From contig CALQIX020000002.1 in NCBI GenBank assembly GCA_943330745.2, forward strand, positions 26,909 to 90,908: DNA of 64,000 nt, given 5' to 3'. Below the pieces are notes generated by a model. That model made no database searches. It was not told the origin of the DNA and saw nothing but the letters and a program-made list of their open reading frames with translations. Below, in pieces: positions 9,313 through 20,157 of this stretch (its first letter is position 1; each line of letters begins with the position of its first letter). A program made the translations under genes and the position numbers. Source of the stretch: Lishizhenia tianjinensis (GTDB taxonomy: Bacteria; Bacteroidota; Bacteroidia; Flavobacteriales_D; Crocinitomicaceae).

Positions 9313-10410
9313 TTATAACTTTCGATAAAAACGTTTTTTTTCATTCGTTTTTAGACAACACAAAGTTAACCAACAATAATGAGTATCGTGAACTAATTTA
9401 CATTCTAGGCGTTGAAGTTTTGAAATCCAATCTGTTGAAACAAGGTACTCTGCACAAAACTCCATTTCTCCTGCATAATCGTACCGAGTTAAAAAGAGCT
9501 TTAATTCAGTTGTAATTTCTATATTATGCCAAGCAGCCTCTCCAATTCCTCCTAAGTAAATACTTTCATCGGGCAAATTCATTGGTTTTTCATTTGGGAT
9601 ATCTGTTAAGCCAATTTTACTATCTGTAGGAAGATTTTGAGCTTTACTCGATAAAAATGATTCTAGGAGTTTAATAAATAAATCTTTTAAGGCATGATGA
9701 CGTGGCCTCTTATGATATTCACCTTTTCCATTTTCCCAAATTAGAAAACGCCCATCTGAAGCTGCTGCAACGACATTAAAATAAGGGGTGGGAGCTATTG
9801 TTATTGGGGTTTTGAAACGCTTTCTGTATTGCGAATTTGAGTCCCATCCAGCCATCAAAGATTTGGAAACGAATCGAGCACAATTGGAATCTTTTGTTTT
9901 AAATGCATTGTACCGAGTATATCCCAAATCAATAACTGATTTTGCATACGTTAAAAGCTTGATTATGTCTGCATGATAATGAATTGATGCGAACATTGGT
10001 CCATCACCGTGTGTAGCAATTTTTATCTCCTCCAATTTTTGACAAAGTGCATCTAAATTCAGTAATTTTTTATCGTCAGACCATTCCGGAATTATGTTTA
10101 AAACAAGTTTAGGATCAGTTTCTGCAGAACGCGCACGACCAAATCCGAGAGGGGTTATGTATCTGCCAAAGTCAAAATAATGAAATTCATCATCTAAAGC
10201 AACAACCATTGCAGCATGTCCGACCTTAAAATTCACGTTTTTAACAATCTTAGCTTTGCGTAAAACATGCCAAATTTTTTCAGGACCTCGAGCTGTTAAT
10301 TCTGGCCATGCCAATGGAATGACAGCTGAATTTTTATTCCCCGAAAGTTTATCTAAAGTAACTTCGATAGAGTCAGTTATAAGATGAATGGATTGTTTAT
10401 CGGCCCTCAT
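9313..10410 (-). CDS. hypothetical protein with LRAT/NlpC-P60-like H-box and NCxxF motif
   Basis: Has GHAAMVVALDDEFHYFD (His-x11-His), followed ~110 aa later by DSNCARFV, reminiscent of the LRAT-family NCEHF catalytic cysteine. First gene of a three-gene operon. Confidence 0.35.
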   Translation of the reverse strand: MRADKQSIHLITDSIEVTLDKLSGNKNSAVIPLAWPELTARGPEKIWHVLRKAKIVKNVNFKVGHAAMVVALDDEFHYFDFGRYITPLGFGRARSAETDPKLVLNIIPEWSDDKKLLNLDALCQKLEEIKIATHGDGPMFASIHYHADIIKLLTYAKSVIDLGYTRYNAFKTKDSNCARFVSKSLMAGWDSNSQYRKRFKTPITIAPTPYFNVVAAASDGRFLIWENGKGEYHKRPRHHALKDLFIKLLESFLSSKAQNLPTDSKIGLTDIPNEKPMNLPDESIYLGGIGEAAWHNIEITTELKLFLTRYDYAGEMEFCAEYLVSTDWISKLQRLECKLVHDTHYCWLTLCCLKTNEKKRFYRKL

Positions 10411-10417
10411 AAGGGAC

Positions 10418-10425
10418 CAAAAATA
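10418..10425 (-). promoter_or_regulatory. candidate -7 box for the 10410-6674 operon
   Basis: Plus strand caaaaata equals minus-strand tatttttg (TAnnTTTG), ending 8 nt upstream of the ATG. Confidence 0.4.
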
Positions 10426-10488
10426 ACAATTTTATTTATTATGATTCTGATTTATGTCAAACATTAAAAAGGATGACAAGGGGATTTG

Positions 10489-12075
10489 TTATTTCAAAAA
10501 TGAAATAAAGTAATAAATGAGTGCCGCTAAAATACCACTCACAGGAATTGTTAAAATCCAAGCCCATAATAAATTAATCGTTACTCCCCATCGAACTGCA
10601 CTTAAGCGTTTGGTTGCTCCAACACCAATAATTGAACCGGTTATAGTATGTGTTGTGGATACAGGTATTCCCAAATTACTAACGGTAAACAAGGTTAATG
10701 CCCCAGCGGTTTCGGCACAAACCCCCTCTAGCGGGGTTACTTTTGTGATTTTAGTCCCCATTGTTTTAACGATTTTCCACCCGCCCATTAAAGTACCCAA
10801 TCCAATCATTAAATAACATCCAAAGGCTATCCAATAGGGCATTGTTTCGGATTGAACTTTGGTTTTAATTTTGTGCCCGGAAAGCAGTATTCCCTTTTTG
10901 GAGTCAATTTGAGAATGGAAAATAGCAGCATATTTGTACGATTTATTCAATGTTTTGTCAATGAATATTGCCTTGTTTAATTTTGCATCAAATAATGTAT
11001 CTCCTTTGGCATAAACTTCAATTTTATGCATTTTATTTTCAATTGATCTTAAATCAGGAGAATGAGCGATATCTCTATATTTTTTATTAATTTTCTTGTC
11101 GGTGTATACAACTTCTTGGTTCGATGCATCAATAATATCTTTACCTAATTTGTAAAAAACTTTCCCATTCAATTCGGCTACTTCAGGCTTGAATTTTTCT
11201 TTCTTTCCAGCTTTATTTTCGAATTCGATATGAACTAACTCGGTAATTTGGAATTCTTTGGGAACAGTATTTTCTAATTTTCCCTCACGACCCAGGTTAC
11301 CATATACTAATAATGCCGCACATATAATTCCCATTACCTTTTGTGAGTCCGCTCCACCATGTCCAAGCGAAAACGCTGCGGATGAAAGTAATTGTAATTT
11401 TTTATGCATTCCCGCTTCTTTAACGGCTGAAGGCCTTTTCCCATGAGCAATTTCGAACCAGATGTAAACCAAAATGAAAATACCGATCATTCCAATAACA
11501 ATATACATCATAATGGGCTTTACGTCTAGATAATCAACCATATAAATCATTCCTTTAATAGTGACTGCGGTGAGTACACCAATGGCGATCATTTTTTTCC
11601 AAAACGAACGACTAATGGTAACCAAGGCAATTACAAGCGCAATAAAACCACCAATAAAAGGAGCTAAGAAAATGAACAATGCGACTTTTAAAATTTCTGC
11701 ACCGGCAATTACGTCAAATCCTGCATGTGCAACCGCAGCACCAGCAAAACCCCCAATAAGTGTGTGAGAAGAGGAGGAGGGGATTCCCAGCCACCATGTT
11801 AACAGGTTCCAAAAAGTAGCAGCAAGTAATCCAGCCAAAATAACCCACAAATCTATTGCGTTGTTGTCAACCGTTTTTGCAACCGTATTCCCTACACTCA
11901 TATCAAACACCCAAAAGGCGATAATATTAAAGGTAGCAGCCCATATAACAGCTTGAAAAGGAGTTAATACTTTTGTTGAAACAACTGTAGCAATGGAATT
12001 CGCTGCATCATGAAACCCATTTACTAAATCAAACAAAAGAGCGATTACAATAACTACAATTAGTAGAGTAAACAT
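10489..12075 (-). CDS. inorganic phosphate transporter, PiT family
   Basis: Duplicated PiT signature (GFHDAANSIAT near the N-terminus, VSTTHTITGSIIGVG near the C-terminus) with a long Lys-rich central loop. Confidence 0.88.
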   Translation of the reverse strand: MFTLLIVVIVIALLFDLVNGFHDAANSIATVVSTKVLTPFQAVIWAATFNIIAFWVFDMSVGNTVAKTVDNNAIDLWVILAGLLAATFWNLLTWWLGIPSSSSHTLIGGFAGAAVAHAGFDVIAGAEILKVALFIFLAPFIGGFIALVIALVTISRSFWKKMIAIGVLTAVTIKGMIYMVDYLDVKPIMMYIVIGMIGIFILVYIWFEIAHGKRPSAVKEAGMHKKLQLLSSAAFSLGHGGADSQKVMGIICAALLVYGNLGREGKLENTVPKEFQITELVHIEFENKAGKKEKFKPEVAELNGKVFYKLGKDIIDASNQEVVYTDKKINKKYRDIAHSPDLRSIENKMHKIEVYAKGDTLFDAKLNKAIFIDKTLNKSYKYAAIFHSQIDSKKGILLSGHKIKTKVQSETMPYWIAFGCYLMIGLGTLMGGWKIVKTMGTKITKVTPLEGVCAETAGALTLFTVSNLGIPVSTTHTITGSIIGVGATKRLSAVRWGVTINLLWAWILTIPVSGILAALIYYFISFLK

Positions 12076-12096
12076 AATGGTAAGAATTAAATTGAA

Positions 12097-12744
12097 CTAA
12101 GCGTATTTCACAACGATGGATTCGATAACATTTCCTGCGTCTTCGCATTTATCCGTAACGATTTCAAGAATTTGGTATAGTTCTCTTCGTTTAATCAATT
12201 CTTTTGCATCAACATCAGAATCGAACAACTTTTCAATACAAGAATCAAATATTTCATCCGCCTGATTTTCTATGCTATTAATTTTTATTACACACTCAAC
12301 AATTTTGTGAGTATTCTTTAAGTTCCGAATTTCTGCAACTGCGCTTTTAACTGCCAAAACAGCCTCTAGTATAGCTTGAGCTGATTTTTGAATTCCGTTA
12401 TCAGAAATTGGATCAATGTGGTAAAAATTGATTTTTTTTCCGGCAGAATAAATGTAATCAGCAATATCGTCTAATGCTGACGCTAAACTATGAATGTCTT
12501 CTCGGTCGAATGGAGTTATGAAATTTCTTCCTAATTCAATAAAAATGTGATGAGTAACTTCATCATTTTTATGTTCTATATCCTCCATTTCTTTAATGAT
12601 AGAAGCTCTTTTGTTAAAGTCTGGTTCTTGAACAACTTGAAGTAGTTTTCGAGCAATTGATTCTAAATTAACAGAAGCATCCTCGAACAATGAATAAAAG
12701 ACTTTGTCTTTTGGTAAAAAATACTTTAAAAATCCTCCCGCCAT
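12097..12744 (-). CDS. DUF47 / PhoU-like Pit accessory protein
   Basis: About 215-aa helical protein directly upstream of the PiT gene, which is the usual pairing. The ATG at 12744 (MAGGFLKYF...) is preferred over the upstream alternative start at 12762. Confidence 0.75.
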   Translation of the reverse strand: MAGGFLKYFLPKDKVFYSLFEDASVNLESIARKLLQVVQEPDFNKRASIIKEMEDIEHKNDEVTHHIFIELGRNFITPFDREDIHSLASALDDIADYIYSAGKKINFYHIDPISDNGIQKSAQAILEAVLAVKSAVAEIRNLKNTHKIVECVIKINSIENQADEIFDSCIEKLFDSDVDAKELIKRRELYQILEIVTDKCEDAGNVIESIVVKYA

Positions 12745-12842
12745 AGTTTCTATTTTTAGCAAATGTATAGCCTAGTTTTTAACTGTACTACTTTTCTTTA
12801 TTTGTTAACGTAAAGTTAACCTTAGGATTCGGTTCTGTTTTA

Positions 12843-13349
12843 TCACTTTCGCACATAGTGAATTACCTGAAAAGACGCTTCATGTGCGTCGTCTATCAAT
12901 TGATTAAAGACATTATTTTCTTCCCATTTCGATTTATCGAAGCTTGGAAAAAATGTGTCTGCGCCAAATGATTTATCAATGTAGGTTATATACATTTCAT
13001 CAATGCGTTCAGATTCAAGTGCCATTTTATATATTTCTCCTCCGCCAATAATAAAAATCGTTTTCTCCTTTTCTTCCTTAAAAAAATCAAAACAAACTTC
13101 CAATGAAGTGAAAACTTTGCATCCAGGAGCCTGAAAATCAGGGTTTCTGGTTAAAACCACATTTAGCCGATTAGGCAATGGCCGAAATCTTTCTGGAATG
13201 GAGTCATAATTTTTTCGACCCATTACAACAATTTGATTTTGTGTCGTTTCTTTGAAAAACTTCATATCATTAGGCAAATGCCACATGAGGTCATTGTCCT
13301 TTCCAATTCCACGATTAGCATCAATAGCTACGATTAGCGCTGTTTTCAT
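12843..13349 (-). CDS. folA: dihydrofolate reductase
   Basis: 168 aa with NRGIGKDNDLMWHLPNDMKFFKETT and GGGEIY motifs, downstream of thyA. Confidence 0.93.
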   Translation of the reverse strand: MKTALIVAIDANRGIGKDNDLMWHLPNDMKFFKETTQNQIVVMGRKNYDSIPERFRPLPNRLNVVLTRNPDFQAPGCKVFTSLEVCFDFFKEEKEKTIFIIGGGEIYKMALESERIDEMYITYIDKSFGADTFFPSFDKSKWEENNVFNQLIDDAHEASFQVIHYVRK

Positions 13350-13352
13350 GAG

Positions 13353-14147
13353 TTAAATGGCTACTGCCGCTTTGATGTGTGGGTGTGGATCGTAATTGAC
13401 TAATTCAAAATCTTCGTATTTGAAATCAAAAAGATCTTTTATTTCCGGGTTGATTTTCAGTTGAGGAAGGGGCCTGAAATCTCTAGTTAATTGCAATTTT
13501 GCTTGTTCTAAATGATTGGAATACAAATGAGCATCACCTAAAGTATGCACAAAATCACCCGGTTTCAAACCACAAACTTGTGCCATCATCATGGTTAATA
13601 AGGCATAGGAAGCAATGTTAAACGGCACGCCCAAGAAAGTGTCTGCGCTTCGTTGATACAATTGACAACTCAATTTTCCGTCCGCCACATAAAACTGAAA
13701 GAATGCATGACAGGGTGGTAGTGCCATTTTATCAATTTCGCCCACATTCCATGCTGAAACGATTATGCGGCGTGAATCTGGATTGTTTTTTAGTTGATCT
13801 AATACTTGAGTAATTTGGTCAATATGCCTTCCATCAGCCGCGGGCCAACTTCTCCATTGAGAGCCATAAACGGGGCCTAAATTCCCGTCTTCATCTGCCC
13901 ATTCGTCCCAAATAGACACATTGTTTTCCTTCAAATACTGAATATTTGTGTCGCCTTTCAAAAACCATAAAAGTTCATGAATTATTGAACGTAAATGCAG
14001 TTTTTTTGTTGTTAAACAAGGAAATCCTTCGTTTAAATCAAAGCGCATTTGATATCCAAAAACAGATACTGTACCAGTTCCGGTTCTATCCTCTTTTTTG
14101 GTTCCGTTGTCTAAAATATGCTGAAGTAAGTCATGGTATTGTTTCAT
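13353..14147 (-). CDS. thyA: thymidylate synthase
   Basis: 264 aa with [26 protein letters not shown] and the active-site segment [13 protein letters not shown]. Confidence 0.97.
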   Translation of the reverse strand: MKQYHDLLQHILDNGTKKEDRTGTGTVSVFGYQMRFDLNEGFPCLTTKKLHLRSIIHELLWFLKGDTNIQYLKENNVSIWDEWADEDGNLGPVYGSQWRSWPAADGRHIDQITQVLDQLKNNPDSRRIIVSAWNVGEIDKMALPPCHAFFQFYVADGKLSCQLYQRSADTFLGVPFNIASYALLTMMMAQVCGLKPGDFVHTLGDAHLYSNHLEQAKLQLTRDFRPLPQLKINPEIKDLFDFKYEDFELVNYDPHPHIKAAVAI

Positions 14148-14169
14148 ACTTAATATCTATTCTATAAAA

Positions 14170-14177
14170 CAAAAGTA
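14170..14177 (-). promoter_or_regulatory. candidate -7 box for thyA-folA
   Basis: Plus strand caaaagta equals minus-strand tacttttg, 23 nt upstream of the thyA ATG. Confidence 0.45.
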
Positions 14178-14241
14178 GAAGAAAAACCTTGGTGAATTTA
14201 AACTTTGAATGTTCTTTTTGAAAAAGTTTTCACGAACGAAT

Positions 14242-14472
14242 TTATTTCGAACACTTTTCTAAAAGCGATTTTGCTAATACAAGATCCTTTCCGCCTTTTT
14301 CGTTAAAATCACTCGCGTTTGGATATTTTTCTTTGACCAATTTCAGAGAACAATCACAATCAAAAGAAGGTGATTTTTTACAACTATCTAAAAATGCGTT
14401 TTCTTGTCCTTTAGACCAACCACCGCAACTAGTTAAAGCTGCGCAAGTTGCTATAATTAAGATTAATTTCAT
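14242..14472 (-). CDS. small Cys-rich lipoprotein, 76 aa
   Basis: Signal peptide with lipobox (AALTSC), then six further cysteines. No family recognised. Confidence 0.6.
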   Translation of the reverse strand: MKLILIIATCAALTSCGGWSKGQENAFLDSCKKSPSFDCDCSLKLVKEKYPNASDFNEKGGKDLVLAKSLLEKCSK

Positions 14473-14547
14473 GTTTTTTTCTATTTTATGGTGCGAAAAT
14501 AGCTAAAAATCTTTACTGAATTGATGGTTTCATAAACAAACCCTGCT

Positions 14548-14555
14548 TATTTTTG
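14548..14555 (+). promoter_or_regulatory. candidate -7 box for the thioredoxin-domain gene
   Basis: tatttttg ends 1 nt before the track's TTG start at 14557. This argues that the real start is the ATG at 14584. Confidence 0.45.
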
Positions 14556-14583
14556 GTTGATTAAAATAAATCTTTCAAACTCG

Positions 14584-16566
14584 ATGCATACCAATCAACT
14601 CATTCACGAATCATCGCCCTACTTATTACAGCACGCACACAATCCTGTTAACTGGGTTCCATGGTCTAAAGATGCCTTAGATTTGGCAAAACAAGAAAAT
14701 AAATTAGTTCTAATAAGTATTGGTTATTCTGCCTGTCACTGGTGCCACGTCATGGAACATGAATGCTTTGAAGACCAAGATGTTGCTGCATTAATGAACC
14801 AACATTTTATCAATATAAAAGTCGACAGAGAAGAACATCCCGATGTTGATCAAGTGTATATGACAGCAGTACAATTGATGACTCAAAAAGGTGGTTGGCC
14901 ATTAAATTGTTTTACTCTTCCGGATGGAAGTCCGGTTTATGGAGGCACTTATTTTCCGAAGGATCAATGGATACATGTTTTAAAGTCGTTGGTGCATACC
15001 ATCCAGAACGATAAAGAAAAAGTATATGACTATGCTGCTAAACTTAAGGAGGGTGTTCAGCAAAGTGAATTGGTGGAAGAACCGAGCGCGATTCAATCTT
15101 GGAATCCTGAGAAATTGCATGAATTGGTCTTGCGTTGGTCTCATTCGTTTGATTCTTCTCACGGTGGACCTACGAGAGCGCCTAAATTCCCCTTACCATC
15201 GAATTTGGAGTTTTTATTGACTTATGGAGTTTGGCAAGAGGATGAAAAATCGCTTGGATATGTTGAGCTTACTTTAGACAAAATGGCAATGGGGGGAATA
15301 TACGATCAATTGGGAGGAGGGTTTTCGCGTTACTCAGTAGATATTTTATGGAAAGTACCTCATTTTGAAAAAATGCTTTATGATAATGGTCAATTACTGG
15401 AAGTGTACGCAAAAGCCTATAAGTACTTCGGAAAAGAGTTATATAAAGAAACGTGCTACGGAATTTTGAATTGGTTGCAACGAGAAATGCTTTCTGATAG
15501 TGGAGCCTTTTACAGCGCTTTGGATGCAGATAGCGAGGGTGAGGAAGGTAAATTTTATTGTTGGGAAGACGAAGAATTAAAGACGTTGCTTGGACAAGAT
15601 TTTGATTGGGTGAAGGACTATTTCAATATCAATCAACTTGGATTTTGGGAAGAGGAAAAATATATTTTACTCAGAAACGAAACAGACGAATCCTTTGCCC
15701 AAAGAAATGGCTGGGAAGTTTCATTTTTTAAACAAAAACTTCAATCTGTTAAAGATTCACTCTTACATATTAGAAATCAACGAATTAAACCAGGTATGGA
15801 TGATAAATGCCTCACCGCTTGGAATGCAATGTTAATTTCTGGTCTCTGCGAGGCCTATGGCGCATTTGATGATGAGTTGTTTGTAATTGCGGCTAGAAAA
15901 ACGGCAACCTGGATTGAAAATGAACAGTTAAAATCGGATTGTACTCTTTGGAGAACACACAAAAATGGGATCTCAAAAATAGATGGTGTACTAGAAGACT
16001 ATGCTTTTGTTATAAAGGGCTTTATCGATTTATATCAAGTTACATTTGAGGAAAAATGGATTGAAATAGCGAAGAATCTCACAGAAACAGTTGAAACCAA
16101 TTTTCAGGATACCCCGACTAAAATGTGTTATTATACCTCAGTGACAACGGAATTAATTGCTCGTAAAATGGAATTAAACGACAATGTCATCCCGGCAAGT
16201 AATTCGGTTATGGCGCATAATTTCCACAGGCTCTCCTATTTTTATAGGAACCCAGCATGGCGCGGATATGCCGAACAAATGCTTGCCAATGTGTATGAAG
16301 GAATGGAACTGTATGGTTCCGGTTATTCGAACTGGGCTTTACTTCTTTTGCAACTCATTGATTCCATGGAAGAAATAGAAATTGTAGGTCTAAATGCGAA
16401 TGAAATAAGACAAAAAACGAACAAAAAGTTCAAAACAGGAACAATTTATTCTGGAGGCGCTCATTTTTTGCTTCCCATTCTGAAAGAAAAGCAAGTGTTA
16501 ACCAATAAAACCATTTTATATCGGTGTAAAGGAGAAATGTGCGATGCGCCGCTAGAGTTTGAATGA
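14584..16566 (+). CDS. thioredoxin-domain protein of the DUF255 / YyaL (SSP411-like) family with six-hairpin glycosidase-like C-terminal domain
   Basis: Shows [24 protein letters not shown] and a CHWCH redox motif. The ATG at 14584 is in frame with the track ORF. Confidence 0.85.
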   Translation: MHTNQLIHESSPYLLQHAHNPVNWVPWSKDALDLAKQENKLVLISIGYSACHWCHVMEHECFEDQDVAALMNQHFINIKVDREEHPDVDQVYMTAVQLMTQKGGWPLNCFTLPDGSPVYGGTYFPKDQWIHVLKSLVHTIQNDKEKVYDYAAKLKEGVQQSELVEEPSAIQSWNPEKLHELVLRWSHSFDSSHGGPTRAPKFPLPSNLEFLLTYGVWQEDEKSLGYVELTLDKMAMGGIYDQLGGGFSRYSVDILWKVPHFEKMLYDNGQLLEVYAKAYKYFGKELYKETCYGILNWLQREMLSDSGAFYSALDADSEGEEGKFYCWEDEELKTLLGQDFDWVKDYFNINQLGFWEEEKYILLRNETDESFAQRNGWEVSFFKQKLQSVKDSLLHIRNQRIKPGMDDKCLTAWNAMLISGLCEAYGAFDDELFVIAARKTATWIENEQLKSDCTLWRTHKNGISKIDGVLEDYAFVIKGFIDLYQVTFEEKWIEIAKNLTETVETNFQDTPTKMCYYTSVTTELIARKMELNDNVIPASNSVMAHNFHRLSYFYRNPAWRGYAEQMLANVYEGMELYGSGYSNWALLLLQLIDSMEEIEIVGLNANEIRQKTNKKFKTGTIYSGGAHFLLPILKEKQVLTNKTILYRCKGEMCDAPLEFE

Positions 16567-16567
16567 T

Positions 16568-17407
16568 TTAAGGATTACAAAACGAGCAGTACATCGGATC
16601 TTCTACTCGCTTACCGTTGGGGAAATAATCAGTTGAAGTGAACCCACAACAGGAGCATTGAGATTGATGATACAAAGTCGACTGAGTGGGGAAAGAACAT
16701 AACTCGCAAGGCAATCCTTTAAAACTCTCGGTTACTCCAAAACCGGGTGTTTGACATTCTAGGCACTTACTGCTAATTTTCTCCATCAACTTTATTGCTG
16801 CCTTTTGTATGACCTTCATTCTTGATGGATTGTACATGGCACGCATGTCTGTTTCCAAGAAAACAGAACCATATTTTTCCATGCAATCGGTGAAGCATTG
16901 TTTCAAATCTTCGTGGTTATTGACCCCCTTTCGGATATAATCAAAAACCTCCTGTTGATTTTTCACAATTAAAGCATGCTGTGGAAACCCATGCCGCGTT
17001 GCAAATTCCTCTGCCTCGTTCCAATTTTCTATGACCAGACCACCAAAATTCGTTTCTACTGAAAGTTCACGAGCATAAATTTCCAACTTGTTTTTGGTGT
17101 CTATAAAGACCATTAATTCATCATCTGCAGGAGCAAAGAAAAGTGTTGGATGAGGCCCAAATGAACCTTCACTAGCAATTCCTAAATCGCAGGAGTTTTT
17201 TTCCATTGCAGCCAAACATTTATTTCGCAAGGTGGTTAACGCATCATTTTTTCTCTCTACTTCACCACAAAATGTTCCCAATAAATCAGTATCAAAGTTT
17301 TTATCCACGAACCATTTTGAACCAAGGTGCTCTTCCACGAGCGGACCAATGACTTTTTCTTTATGATGCTTGGTTGCTATGATTAATTTCCGGCCTAAAA
17401 AATCCAT
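16568..17407 (-). CDS. conserved hypothetical protein with C-terminal 4x CxxC zinc-ribbon-like region
   Basis: Cysteine pairs CLEC, CELC, CSCC and CSFC fall in the last ~65 aa. It starts 10 nt after the TolC-like gene stop, so it is possibly co-transcribed. Confidence 0.6.
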   Translation of the reverse strand: MDFLGRKLIIATKHHKEKVIGPLVEEHLGSKWFVDKNFDTDLLGTFCGEVERKNDALTTLRNKCLAAMEKNSCDLGIASEGSFGPHPTLFFAPADDELMVFIDTKNKLEIYARELSVETNFGGLVIENWNEAEEFATRHGFPQHALIVKNQQEVFDYIRKGVNNHEDLKQCFTDCMEKYGSVFLETDMRAMYNPSRMKVIQKAAIKLMEKISSKCLECQTPGFGVTESFKGLPCELCSFPTQSTLYHQSQCSCCGFTSTDYFPNGKRVEDPMYCSFCNP

Positions 17408-17416
17408 AAAGTAGCA

Positions 17417-18811
17417 TTAAATCAATTTGGCTAAACTGAAATTTAAACGCAGAAATGATTGCTTTGATTTTGCTATACTTTCAACCCATTTAAGTTTTGC
17501 TTGTATGTATGCCATTTCTCTTGCATTGATTAAAAAAAGGGAACTTTCCCCTGTTTCAAACATTTCTATCTCAGCGTCTAATAATTTTTTAGTGTCGGAG
17601 GTTGATTGCTCGAAAATGGCAACTTGGTCAATTGCATTAGTATACTCAACGATAGCGTTTTTAATTTTATATTCTAAATAGGCTCTACTGTTTTCTAAAT
17701 TATAGTTTTCATCTTGAAGTTTTAGTTGAGTTTTTGCTAATTCTCCCCTTTCTTTTCTCAGTAAAATGGGCATTTCAAACGTTAATCCCCACTTGTAATT
17801 ATTCAGGGACATGTTAGAAAAAGGATTGTTTTGTATGGGTTGATTCAGAAAATTATAATGAATCTCAACTTCTGGTTTTAGTTGTTCTCGTTTGAGTTTT
17901 TTTTCAATTTCGAGACTTTTGATTTTAAAATTTGTAATTTGTAGATACGGGTGATTGGCAACAGCTGAATCAATTTCTTGATTTGTTAAAACAGGACTCA
18001 GTGGATTTCTAATACTGTCAATTGATAGCGGCAATGTGAGACTGTCTAATTCAAGCGGAATCATTTGTTCGCTCCATAGATAGCTTGCTATTTTGTATCC
18101 ACTACTCAAGTATTCTGTTTCAAAATTTCGTAACATAGATTCTCTATTTTGAACTTGAATTTGGGCTTCAACGGCATCTATTTCTGGCCGATCTCCCAGT
18201 TCTGCTGTTCGTTTTACGGCAGTAAATCGTTCATTCGCTAAGCGAAAAGCGTCATCCAAAATTTGCATGGAATGATAGGCCATAAACCAATTCCAATAAG
18301 CATATCCAGATTCATAGATTAGCTCATTGAGTTGTAATTTTTGTTCAAAAAACGTACTTTGATAGTATACTTTTGCTTTAAAAAGTTCAGCTCTACGTTG
18401 ATCGATAAATAGACCCTTGCCTAAATTAAATGATGCTCCCGCATACCAGAGTCCGCTTGGTGGTGTTTTTTCTTGAGGATTTAAAAAGTTACCTTGATTG
18501 GATTCAAACCCACTTTTAACTTCAACACCATACCAGGTTGGCACTTTTAATCCAATGTTCAGTAAATTATAATAAGACGTAGAATTAAAGTTTTTTTGAT
18601 TGGATTGGGCATATGCTTTTGGGTCAAATCCACCTTGAGCAGACAACACCGCTTTTTCTCCTAGTTGCGTTTCAAGTTTGGCTTGCTTGGCAAGTGGGTG
18701 GTTCTTTATCACTACGTCAAAGAATTGTTGGTCAGAAAAACGAATTTGAGCAGTTATCTTATTAGAAAACAAGCCACATACAAAAATAATTAAGCCGAAT
18801 CGCATGCTCAT
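17417..18811 (-). CDS. TolC-family outer membrane efflux protein
   Basis: 464 aa with a signal peptide and two repeated OEP-type halves. 4-nt overlap with the upstream HlyD-like gene. Confidence 0.8.
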   Translation of the reverse strand: MSMRFGLIIFVCGLFSNKITAQIRFSDQQFFDVVIKNHPLAKQAKLETQLGEKAVLSAQGGFDPKAYAQSNQKNFNSTSYYNLLNIGLKVPTWYGVEVKSGFESNQGNFLNPQEKTPPSGLWYAGASFNLGKGLFIDQRRAELFKAKVYYQSTFFEQKLQLNELIYESGYAYWNWFMAYHSMQILDDAFRLANERFTAVKRTAELGDRPEIDAVEAQIQVQNRESMLRNFETEYLSSGYKIASYLWSEQMIPLELDSLTLPLSIDSIRNPLSPVLTNQEIDSAVANHPYLQITNFKIKSLEIEKKLKREQLKPEVEIHYNFLNQPIQNNPFSNMSLNNYKWGLTFEMPILLRKERGELAKTQLKLQDENYNLENSRAYLEYKIKNAIVEYTNAIDQVAIFEQSTSDTKKLLDAEIEMFETGESSLFLINAREMAYIQAKLKWVESIAKSKQSFLRLNFSLAKLI

Positions 18812-20157
18812 TTTTCAGTTTTTTTGGTGGACTTATCTGCTTTAGAATAAAAATCAGGAGGAAAACCATTAATCAAACGCCACAATTCATACCCAACTTT
18901 AACATCGTTTAGCAGAACCATGGTTTTAGCCCCGCCTCCTACGCGCAATTGCTTTGGCCAGGGGTGATCTTTTTCATCTGGAACAACCAACACTCTAAAA
19001 TTGCCGTCTTCCCCTGCAAAATTATCGACAGCTAAAATCTCCCCACCAAAAGTCCCAAAACTTTTACTTGGCCATCCTGAAAACACAATCGCTGGCCATC
19101 CATCAAACTGAACACGCACATGTTGTCCTTTTTGCACAAGGGGAAGATCTAGAGGTCTTATAAATAATTCGAGCGCTAAATCATAATTTGAAGGCATAAT
19201 GGTAGCAATAGCATCCCCTTGTTTTATTGTTTCACCAATACCACTAGACAGAATTTTGGTAACCACGCCATCTTGAGGAGCCAAGATAAAATACATTCCA
19301 TTCCGAACGGAATAGTTGACTACTTGTGTTTGAAGTTTGGTGACATCTATTTCTGCATCGTACATATTTGAAAGTGCAGAAAATTTATCGGACTCCGCTT
19401 TTGAAACCTCATCCTTAAATTTGGCTCCGATAGAATTTAATGCAAGTTTTGCATCAATAATATCGTTTTTGCTTTGAAGGTATTTCTGCTGTGTTGTAAT
19501 TTGATTTGCTGTTGTTCTTTGAAAGGCCAATTTTTTTGCTTCAAGTTCAGTTTGTGATTTAAGCTTTTCTTGTTTTAATTTTTCAAATCGATTGTATTGT
19601 TGCTCAGCAATTTTATTATTCTCAACAGCTGTGACAAATTCGATACTGTCCGATTTTACTCTTAATTGGGCCTGTTGCATTTTTAATTGAGCTTGTTGCA
19701 ACTGTAATTGGCCGTTTTCTAGTAATGCGTCCACCCGATTGTCAAGCGAGTTGATTTTATCCTCATAAGACAAAACTGAAAGTTCTTTATTTTTTAATTG
19801 TGATTGGGTTCTTCCGATTAAATTTGGGTCAAAATATTCCTCCTTGATTTCAGAAAGGTATAAAATAGTATCACCCTTCTTGACAATATCACCATCTTTA
19901 ACAAACCACTTTTCAATTCTACCTGAAATCATAGTATTTATTGTTTGTGGGCGCTGTTCGGGACGCAATGCTGTGACTTTTCCATTTGATTGAATATTCT
20001 GAGTCCAAGGCATAAAAAGTAAAATAATAAGCACTCCGAATAGTATGGAAATAGCAACGATCAACTTCCGTGACGATGATTTATTCTCAACTCGGTTATA
20101 AGACGTTAATTCGTGTGAATTAAGTAAGACTTTATTTTGCGGCGATAAATTTAACAT
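18808..20157 (-). CDS. HlyD-family periplasmic adaptor (membrane fusion protein)
   Basis: N-terminal TM anchor, lipoyl-like segment (GDIVKKGDTILYL), a long coiled-coil rich in Q/L, and a beta-barrel C-terminus. Confidence 0.85.
   Translation of the reverse strand: MLNLSPQNKVLLNSHELTSYNRVENKSSSRKLIVAISILFGVLIILLFMPWTQNIQSNGKVTALRPEQRPQTINTMISGRIEKWFVKDGDIVKKGDTILYLSEIKEEYFDPNLIGRTQSQLKNKELSVLSYEDKINSLDNRVDALLENGQLQLQQAQLKMQQAQLRVKSDSIEFVTAVENNKIAEQQYNRFEKLKQEKLKSQTELEAKKLAFQRTTANQITTQQKYLQSKNDIIDAKLALNSIGAKFKDEVSKAESDKFSALSNMYDAEIDVTKLQTQVVNYSVRNGMYFILAPQDGVVTKILSSGIGETIKQGDAIATIMPSNYDLALELFIRPLDLPLVQKGQHVRVQFDGWPAIVFSGWPSKSFGTFGGEILAVDNFAGEDGNFRVLVVPDEKDHPWPKQLRVGGGAKTMVLLNDVKVGYELWRLINGFPPDFYSKADKSTKKTEK

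Noticed and set aside
10489-12075. Long Lys-rich central insertion (~140 aa) in the PiT phosphate transporter, considered as a possible novel domain.
   Set aside because: PiT-family transporters, including E. coli PitA, normally carry a large, poorly conserved central cytoplasmic loop. Nothing here goes beyond that.
12803-12819. gttaac-gtaaa-gttaac hairpin downstream of folA, considered as a possible terminator.
   Set aside because: The stem is only 6 bp and AT-rich, with no U-tract on the transcribed strand.
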